Source: a virus
Taxonomy: Duplodnaviria > Caudoviricetes
IMG/VR virus record: IMGVR_UViG_3300021356_000154
Coordinates: 1 to 24,991 of that record
DNA length: 24,991 nucleotides
Direction: 5' to 3' (one strand)
In this document: piece after piece, positions 8,896-13,670 of the stretch
How the letters are laid out: every line of letters begins with the position of its first letter
How positions within the stretch are numbered: the stretch's first letter is position 1
Program-made: the position numbers and the translations under genes
Notes under the pieces: model-generated
What the model was told of the DNA's origin: nothing
Database searches by the model: none
What the model saw: only the letters and a program-made list of their open reading frames with translations

Positions 8896-10094
8896 GTCTT
8901 ACAAAAGAAGCACTACAAAATTATCTAACAAGTTTAAACAACTTCGTTGCTGATCTTCCCGATGGTGGTAATATCAACGAAGCAGTTGTTACACCACCAC
9001 ACTCAGCAGATCAGAGATCGACATCTGTTGATAAGATCAATGGTGTAAAGATTACAAAAGCACAGAATGAAGAAGGGAGAGTTACCCTAATCATATGTAC
9101 TGATAATGGACAGTCCATTCACATGGATGATACTGGAAACATTTTCTTTGGATGTGGAAAGATCGGTGAAGATGAAACTGGTGGTCAAATTACTATGAGA
9201 CCACAAGGTGATATGACTGTGAAGGTTGGTGGTAGATTCGCCATGGAAGTTGAAAACATGCTTGACGAAGAGAAACCAGTCTCTGTCGTGTCTTATGGTG
9301 ATATTAACGTAGAATCTAAAGGTGGAGATGTATTTCTCAAAGGAGATAACGTAACTGTTCGTGCTCTAAAAGACCTAAACCTATCAGGAAGCACTGTTAA
9401 CATTCAAGGTGGAGATGGTGCTGGTGGAGCAGTCTCTCTTGTAGCAAATACTTTCAAGACCGATACTACTTTTATTAACCAGACAGTTTCTGGTGGTATC
9501 ACACAGAACGTTCTGGGTGAGGCAACTATTAGACAGATTCTAGATCCTAGAGCATGTCATACTATTTCAAGTGCTGGACACTTGAAACTTACTGCAGCTG
9601 GTGATTTTTCCATTGATGTTGGTGGAAAGATGGAGGTGAATGTCGCTGGTACACCACCAAAACCAATTCCAACAGTTAAGAATCCCAGTTCATTCTCTCT
9701 TAGCGTTGCTCAGGGTAATGTTACGCATACTATTGCTGCTGGAAATCTAACTGAAAAGTATACTGGTAATGTTACTACTGCGATTGAAGGAAACGTTACC
9801 GAACAAATTACTGGTAACTTGACTGAGAGTGCTACTGGAAACTATTCAAACACAGTAGAAGGTAACTTTGTTGAGGCTATCACTGGTAATTTTAGTGAGA
9901 CTATTACTGGAAATAATACTACAGAAATTACTGGAAACTTCACTAATACGGTGACTGGTAACACCACAGAAACCTTCACTGGTCCTTATTCAGGCACGTA
10001 CTCTGGTAATCTCACTGAGACAGTCGCTGGTCTGATGAACATCACAGTCACGGGTATCGTTAATATCACGGGTTCTCAGATCAATCTCAACTGA
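8892..10094 (+). CDS. gp5 C-terminal-like triple beta-helix spike protein
   Basis: About 15 octapeptide GNxTxxxT repeats and a terminal 'INLN', as in gp5/VgrG needles. ATG 8892 (ATGA overlap with the upstream stop) is preferred over TTG 8883. Confidence 0.8.
   Translation: MSLTKEALQNYLTSLNNFVADLPDGGNINEAVVTPPHSADQRSTSVDKINGVKITKAQNEEGRVTLIICTDNGQSIHMDDTGNIFFGCGKIGEDETGGQITMRPQGDMTVKVGGRFAMEVENMLDEEKPVSVVSYGDINVESKGGDVFLKGDNVTVRALKDLNLSGSTVNIQGGDGAGGAVSLVANTFKTDTTFINQTVSGGITQNVLGEATIRQILDPRACHTISSAGHLKLTAAGDFSIDVGGKMEVNVAGTPPKPIPTVKNPSSFSLSVAQGNVTHTIAAGNLTEKYTGNVTTAIEGNVTEQITGNLTESATGNYSNTVEGNFVEAITGNFSETITGNNTTEITGNFTNTVTGNTTETFTGPYSGTYSGNLTETVAGLMNITVTGIVNITGSQINLN
9714..10075 (+). repeat. 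Degenerate 24-bp coding repeat (gp5-type octapeptide beta-helix)
   Basis: GNLTEKYT GNVTTAIE GNVTEQIT GNLTESAT GNYSNTVE GNFVEAIT GNFSETIT GNNTTEIT GNFTNTVT GNTTETFT... Confidence 0.85.
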
Positions 10095-10125
10095 TTACAA
10101 AATGTGACCGAGAACAAACTGGCAC

Positions 10126-10151
10126 AAGGGGGCTTGCATTGCCCCCTTTTT
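10126..10151 (+). terminator. Rho-independent terminator of the baseplate operon
   Basis: AAGGGGGC-TTGCATT-GCCCCCTT hairpin running into a T tract. Confidence 0.85.
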
Positions 10152-10162
10152 GCTGATAAATT
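10134..10162 (+). promoter_or_regulatory. Sigma70-type promoter for the outer-membrane protein gene
   Basis: TTGCAT (10134-10139), a 17-nt spacer, then TAAATT (10157-10162) preceded by TGn (extended -10). Confidence 0.55.
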
Positions 10163-10240
10163 GTATTCATGCGATGGGGAAAACCTCATCCAACATCTGC
10201 GGGTAACCACTCCGCAAGTAAACTACAAAGGTAAACAAAA

Positions 10241-10612
10241 ATGATCAAAACTGCTTTCGCAGCTGCTGCTGCTCTCGCTTTCGCTCCTGCTGCTGCCCTT
10301 GCAGGACCCTACGTCAACGTGGAAACCAATGCTGGTTGGACGGGTTCGGAGTACAATGGTGCCGCTACGGATCTCCACGTAGGCTACGAAGGAACTTTCG
10401 GTGAGTCTGGTTCCTACTACGTTCAGGGCGGTGCTACCGTGCTGACTCCAGACGGCGGTGACGCTGATACCGTCCCCTCTGGTAAGGCAGGTGTCGGTCT
10501 GGGTCTGACCGAGGCACTTGGTGCATATGGTGAGGTCTCGTTCGTTGGTTCTGGTGATGACGATATCGATCGTGGATATGGTGCTAAGCTGGGTCTGAAG
10601 TATTCCTTCTGA
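10241..10612 (+). CDS. Small secreted outer-membrane beta-barrel-like protein
   Basis: Ala-rich signal peptide ending ALA|GP, alternating amphipathic beta-strands, and a C-terminal beta-signal LGLKYSF ending in Phe. Codons are visibly more GC-rich than in flanking genes. Confidence 0.75.
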   Translation: MIKTAFAAAAALAFAPAAALAGPYVNVETNAGWTGSEYNGAATDLHVGYEGTFGESGSYYVQGGATVLTPDGGDADTVPSGKAGVGLGLTEALGAYGEVSFVGSGDDDIDRGYGAKLGLKYSF

Positions 10613-10637
10613 TCTAAATAGGTTATATCGTCGCCGC

Positions 10638-10677
10638 AGGGGAGAGTCTGGTCAGAATCAGACTTCTCCCCTTTTTT
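10638..10677 (+). terminator. Rho-independent terminator
   Basis: AGGGGAGA-GTCTGGT/CAGA/ATCAGAC-T-TCTCCCCT followed by TTTTT. Confidence 0.85.
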
Positions 10678-10687
10678 ATGCTATACT
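10659..10687 (+). promoter_or_regulatory. Sigma70-type extended -10 promoter for tRNA-Leu
   Basis: TGcTATACT (10679-10687) lies 8 nt before the tRNA; a weak -35 CAGACT sits at 17-nt spacing inside the terminator stem. Confidence 0.6.
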
Positions 10688-10695
10688 ATGGACAT

Positions 10696-10781
10696 GCGAG
10701 CGTGGCGGAATCGGTAGACGCATCGGACTTAAAATCCGCTGATTGTAAAAAATCGTGGGGGTTCAATTCCCCCCGCTCGCA
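10696..10781 (+). tRNA. trnL: tRNA-Leu (anticodon TAA)
   Basis: Acceptor GCGAGCG/CGCTCGC, D-loop GG, anticodon loop CTTAAAA, long variable arm, T-loop TTCAATT; CCA not encoded. Confidence 0.95.
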
Positions 10782-10819
10782 TAAGTGTTAAATACTTATG
10801 TGTAAATGCAAACAAAGGC

Positions 10820-11098
10820 ATGTCTTTCAAAGGGTATGAGCTAGAAACAAAATATTGCTGGGTAGACAATACACCAGTCAAGATGTATTTTATTGCTGGT
10901 ATGCCCTTTACATTCGATTCATTAGAAAAAGAAGACAAAGAGAATCAGTGGATACTAGCAGAATGTGCTACAAATCCAGAATTTACTCTAGATTATATCT
11001 ACTCAGCGTCTGATTATTTGATCATGGAAGAAGCACACCCATTATTGTTCAATGTACCTGTATTGAATCCTGAGTTGATGCCTGATGAAACCGTTTGA
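10820..11098 (+). CDS. Hypothetical protein
   Basis: 92-aa ORF between tRNA-Leu and cpeT, overlapping the cpeT start; TAAATA at 10789-10794 upstream. Confidence 0.75.
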   Translation: MSFKGYELETKYCWVDNTPVKMYFIAGMPFTFDSLEKEDKENQWILAECATNPEFTLDYIYSASDYLIMEEAHPLLFNVPVLNPELMPDETV

Positions 11099-11612
11099 AG
11101 ATTGTCTGGAAGGACGTTTTAGTAATAAGTATCAAGCGATGAAGCAACCCACTAGGTATGCACACATCAACATCGCACACATTAAACTGGGTGATCATTT
11201 GTTTTATGGTGAGCAAGCATATGATTATAATCCTAGGCAACCATATCGTCAGTTCATTCTAAAAATACTCCCTATCGGAGATGACTACATAGTACAGAAC
11301 TACGAAGTTCAGGATCCTGAACAACACGTTGGTTGCAAGAATCTAGATATTCTTCGCGAAAAACCCTTGCAAAGACGACTGGGTTGTGATATACTTTTCA
11401 AGTTGGACGGCGAGATGTACAAAGGTTCTCTCGCAGGCAAGGAATGCACGGTTCAGTGGAGAGGTAAGAAGACTTATCTCAAGAACCAAATTGAACTCGG
11501 TGATGATTATTACTGGGTCCTAGATCAGGGATTCGACTTTGAAACTGATCGACAAGTTTGGGGAAGTGAGTGGGGATTCTTGAAATTCTACCGAGAACGT
11601 GGTATAATTTGA
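11085..11612 (+). CDS. cpeT: CpeT/CpcT-family (T-type) phycobiliprotein chromophore lyase
   Basis: GRFSNKYQAMKQP..YAHI, YGEQAYDY..RQPYRQ, GCDILF, CTVQWRGKKTYL and DQGFD...QVWGSEWGFLKF are conserved T-type lyase motifs. Confidence 0.93.
   Translation: MKPFEDCLEGRFSNKYQAMKQPTRYAHINIAHIKLGDHLFYGEQAYDYNPRQPYRQFILKILPIGDDYIVQNYEVQDPEQHVGCKNLDILREKPLQRRLGCDILFKLDGEMYKGSLAGKECTVQWRGKKTYLKNQIELGDDYYWVLDQGFDFETDRQVWGSEWGFLKFYRERGII
11580..11608 (+). promoter_or_regulatory. Strong sigma70-type promoter for the tmRNA/tRNA cluster
   Basis: TTGAAA (11580-11585), a 17-nt spacer, then TGgTATAAT (-10 at 11603-11608), inside the 3' end of cpeT. Confidence 0.8.
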
Positions 11613-11613
11613 G

Positions 11614-11888
11614 CATAGTCCTGATGGATGACTCTAAAAGACATGTAGGTGACGCCACCGACATTTCGGACAGGGGTTCGATTCCCCTCACTTCCACTTC
11701 ATGGGGGTGCCATGGTCTCGACGGGGTATACGGAGCGTGACTGAAACCTGCTTGGATAAGCAACCAATAGATGCAAAAACATCTGATGTCGCAGCGAACA
11801 ATATCGTTGCATTCTCCCGCACTCGCGACCTCGCGACTGCCTGAACGGAGATCGGGGTTAGGTTAGCCTTGTTACCCAAATAACCTAT
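11614..11888 (+). ncRNA. ssrA: Two-piece (circularly permuted) tmRNA
   Basis: The acceptor piece comes first (GGAC, T-arm AGGGG-TTCGATT-CCCCT, CACTTCC-A ending 11696). After a short spacer the 5' piece starts GGGGGTG CCATGGTCTCGAC at 11703. G3.U70 is present, the tag frame reads ...ANNIVAFSRTRDLATA* (stop 11842-11844), and a pseudoknot follows at about 11854-11887. Outer ends are approximate. Confidence 0.92.
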
Positions 11889-11912
11889 TGGGGGTGGGAT
11901 ACCCCCTCCCTC

Positions 11913-11984
11913 GCCCTTGTAGCTCAGTGGTAGAGCAGGGCTTTTGTAAAGCTCAGGTCGTCTGTTCAAATCAGATCGGGGGCT
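11913..11984 (+). tRNA. trnT: tRNA-Thr (anticodon TGT)
   Basis: Acceptor GCCCTTG/CGGGGGC, anticodon arm GGGCT-TTTGTAA-AGCTC, T-loop TTCAAAT. Confidence 0.93.
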
Positions 11985-11986
11985 TA

Positions 11987-12112
11987 CACGGGATGGCGAC
12001 ACCCGTGCTCACGTCTCCAGGAGAAAAAAGAACTGGAAATCCAACCCGCGTGAGAGAGAGGTGGGACCCCTCTTGACTGCTACCGCTGTGGGACGCTGCA
12101 GCGGTTATTTTT
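11987..12112 (+). ncRNA. Unassigned structured RNA between tRNA-Thr and tRNA-Ala
   Basis: Four consecutive GC-rich stems, including a GCGA (GNRA) tetraloop hairpin, fill the whole spacer. Confidence 0.55.
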
Positions 12113-12113
12113 A

Positions 12114-12186
12114 GGGGAATTAGCTCAGTTGGTAGAGCGCCTGCTTTGCAAGCAGGATGTCAGGAGTTCGAGTCTCCTATTCTCCA
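12114..12186 (+). tRNA. trnA: tRNA-Ala (anticodon TGC)
   Basis: Acceptor GGGGAAT/ATTCTCC with G3.U70, anticodon arm CCTGC-TTTGCAA-GCAGG, T-loop TTCGAGT. Confidence 0.96.
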
Positions 12187-12204
12187 TTCGCGAATAGCGA
12201 ATAT

Positions 12205-12277
12205 TCCTCTATAGCTCAGTCGGTAGAGCGTTTGACTGTTAATCAAAATGTCCCTGGTTCGAGCCCAGGTGGAGGAG
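12205..12277 (+). tRNA. trnN: tRNA-Asn (anticodon GTT)
   Basis: Acceptor TCCTCTA/TGGAGGA, anticodon arm TTTGA-CTGTTAA-TCAAA, T-loop TTCGAGC. Confidence 0.96.
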
Positions 12278-12279
12278 TT

Positions 12280-12711
12280 ATGAAAATAATCAGAGATCAC
12301 GTAAAATCTAGAGTCACTTGGGATGACGTGATTAAAAAAATTGATCTAGATTCAAGTCAAGACAGTGATACTCCACTTGTGTTGATAATTAGTGATGATA
12401 GCATGTTGCCGTCACTTCAATTGAAGCACGGCGATCTTTCTAGTTTTCCTGGTAGTCTTCAAGATGCAATGGACGAGTTAAATCCTAAAACTATGGATGT
12501 CTACGTCTCGTTTTCAAAAGTTTCTAAAATATTTCCTTTGCATACTGACCCATATGATGTTATAATAACTCAGATGCTAGGAGAAATTTCTTATGCATTT
12601 GAAGACCAATCTATACATACACTATATCCAGGTGATTCTATCTTCATCCCAGCTTTTGTACCACATAAGGCAGTTTTACATGGACCTAGAATTACACTAA
12701 GTTGTACTTAA
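12280..12711 (+). CDS. JmjC/cupin-like Fe(II)/2-oxoglutarate oxygenase
   Basis: The likely start is ATG 12280, after the tRNAs. HxD...H triad: FPLHTDPYDVIITQMLG ... LYPGDSIFIPAFVPHKA ... RITLS. Confidence 0.8.
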   Translation: MKIIRDHVKSRVTWDDVIKKIDLDSSQDSDTPLVLIISDDSMLPSLQLKHGDLSSFPGSLQDAMDELNPKTMDVYVSFSKVSKIFPLHTDPYDVIITQMLGEISYAFEDQSIHTLYPGDSIFIPAFVPHKAVLHGPRITLSCT

Positions 12712-12717
12712 TTTATT

Positions 12718-12915
12718 ATGAACTACAAACCTTACAGTCAAGAGTGGCATAGATACAGGTATCTCAAGGAAGCAATCGATAAATACCTAGAAGATGGTAT
12801 CGATCCCACTTTCATTATGGATGACCTTCGTGATATCCTTCACATTCGCTCTGAAGCAGCGTATGCTGAGTTCCAACGGATCAACCAACTAGAGCACTAT
12901 CTCTCGGAAGAATAA
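12718..12915 (+). CDS. Hypothetical protein
   Basis: 65-aa ORF tightly packed in the operon. Confidence 0.75.
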   Translation: MNYKPYSQEWHRYRYLKEAIDKYLEDGIDPTFIMDDLRDILHIRSEAAYAEFQRINQLEHYLSEE

Positions 12916-12916
12916 T

Positions 12917-13231
12917 ATGCTGTCTACCAAATACAGACTAAGACTGGAATTTATCTGTAAAAAGATCGCAAACAAGGAGGATGTAAAATTAGAGGATATG
13001 ATCTGGGCAGAGAAACTCGCCAAGTCATATACAACTGCTAGAGACTGGTTAAACAAAGCTCGCCGTCAGGCAGCACAGGATATTCAGGAGGGCAGTATGG
13101 ATGATTTTATGAATAAGATGGGACTAGGCGACCCCGACCCATCTAATTACAGAACGGGGTTCAGTGGTGCCGATGAAATTGTAGATTGGTTCAAGCAAGA
13201 TAAACCTGACGACTGGAGGCAACGTGACTGA
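12917..13231 (+). CDS. Hypothetical protein (cyanophage-type)
   Basis: 104-aa ORF MLSTKYRLRLEFICKKI...DWRQRD, tightly packed with neighbours. Confidence 0.8.
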   Translation: MLSTKYRLRLEFICKKIANKEDVKLEDMIWAEKLAKSYTTARDWLNKARRQAAQDIQEGSMDDFMNKMGLGDPDPSNYRTGFSGADEIVDWFKQDKPDDWRQRD

Positions 13232-13466
13232 TACTGTCGTAATTTATAGTAATGGTAGTCAAGAGTGTGAGCGTATGTCTATGCTGCTCAAAGCACTTGA
13301 TGGTGAGTTCCACGAATACAAATTGGGTCAGCACTTCACAGAACATCAGTTCCGTGGTGAGTTTGGTTCTGAAGCAACCTACCCACAAATCGCTATCGGT
13401 AGACAACATATCGGTAGCATGAAAGAAACACTACAATACATGTCTGAAAAAGGATTATTCTTATGA
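13224..13466 (+). CDS. Glutaredoxin-like protein (SxxC)
   Basis: VVIYS..SQEC, then FGSEATYPQI (cis-Pro motif) and HIGS, consistent with a glutaredoxin fold; GTG start. Confidence 0.8.
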   Translation: MTDTVVIYSNGSQECERMSMLLKALDGEFHEYKLGQHFTEHQFRGEFGSEATYPQIAIGRQHIGSMKETLQYMSEKGLFL

Positions 13467-13618
13467 GCAAAACAATTAAACGTCAATTTGTAACCAAGTC
13501 TGGTGATACCTGGGAGTGGGAAGAGACTGAAGAAACTCGTAAAGCAGTAGCGAAACTGCATCAAACTATTCAATCTAATCTGGAGTCAACTGCATCCGAC
13601 TATGGAGTCGGTAAATAA
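13463..13618 (+). CDS. Small hypothetical protein (51 aa)
   Basis: MSKTIKRQFVTKSGDTWEWEETEETRKAVAKLHQTIQSNLESTASDYGVGK*. ATGA overlap with the glutaredoxin stop; fills the gap; not in the ORF track. Confidence 0.7.
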   Translation: MSKTIKRQFVTKSGDTWEWEETEETRKAVAKLHQTIQSNLESTASDYGVGK

Positions 13619-13623
13619 CTCTG

Positions 13624-13630
13624 ATAAATA
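13624..13630 (+). promoter_or_regulatory. T4-like late promoter (ATAAATA)
   Basis: Intergenic ATAAATA 40 nt upstream of the giant structural gene. Confidence 0.7.
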
Positions 13631-13670
13631 ATCCGAGGACTAACAACACCAGTATTGGTAACACTGAATT

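Noticed and set aside
9714-10075. 24-bp periodicity as a CRISPR array or DNA-level repeat element
   Set aside because: The repeats are degenerate at synonymous positions and encode a beta-helix; there is no repeat-spacer structure.
11621-11640. CTGATGGA as a hammerhead ribozyme core
   Set aside because: It is not CUGANGA, has no suitably placed GAAA three-stem junction, and lies in the tmRNA acceptor piece.
11479-12076. ORFs 11479..11763(-), 11688..12002(-) and 11888..12076(+)
   Set aside because: They are shadows of the GC-rich tmRNA, tRNA and structured-RNA region and show no protein motifs.
11985-12112. HDV-like (theta) ribozyme in the tRNA trailer, or a named motif such as manA
   Set aside because: I could not build the nested double pseudoknot by eye and cannot verify a family match without a covariance search, so it is left unassigned.
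12157-12279. N-terminal extension of the 184-aa ORF in the track
   Set aside because: It overlaps tRNA-Ala and tRNA-Asn; ATG 12280 is the more plausible start.
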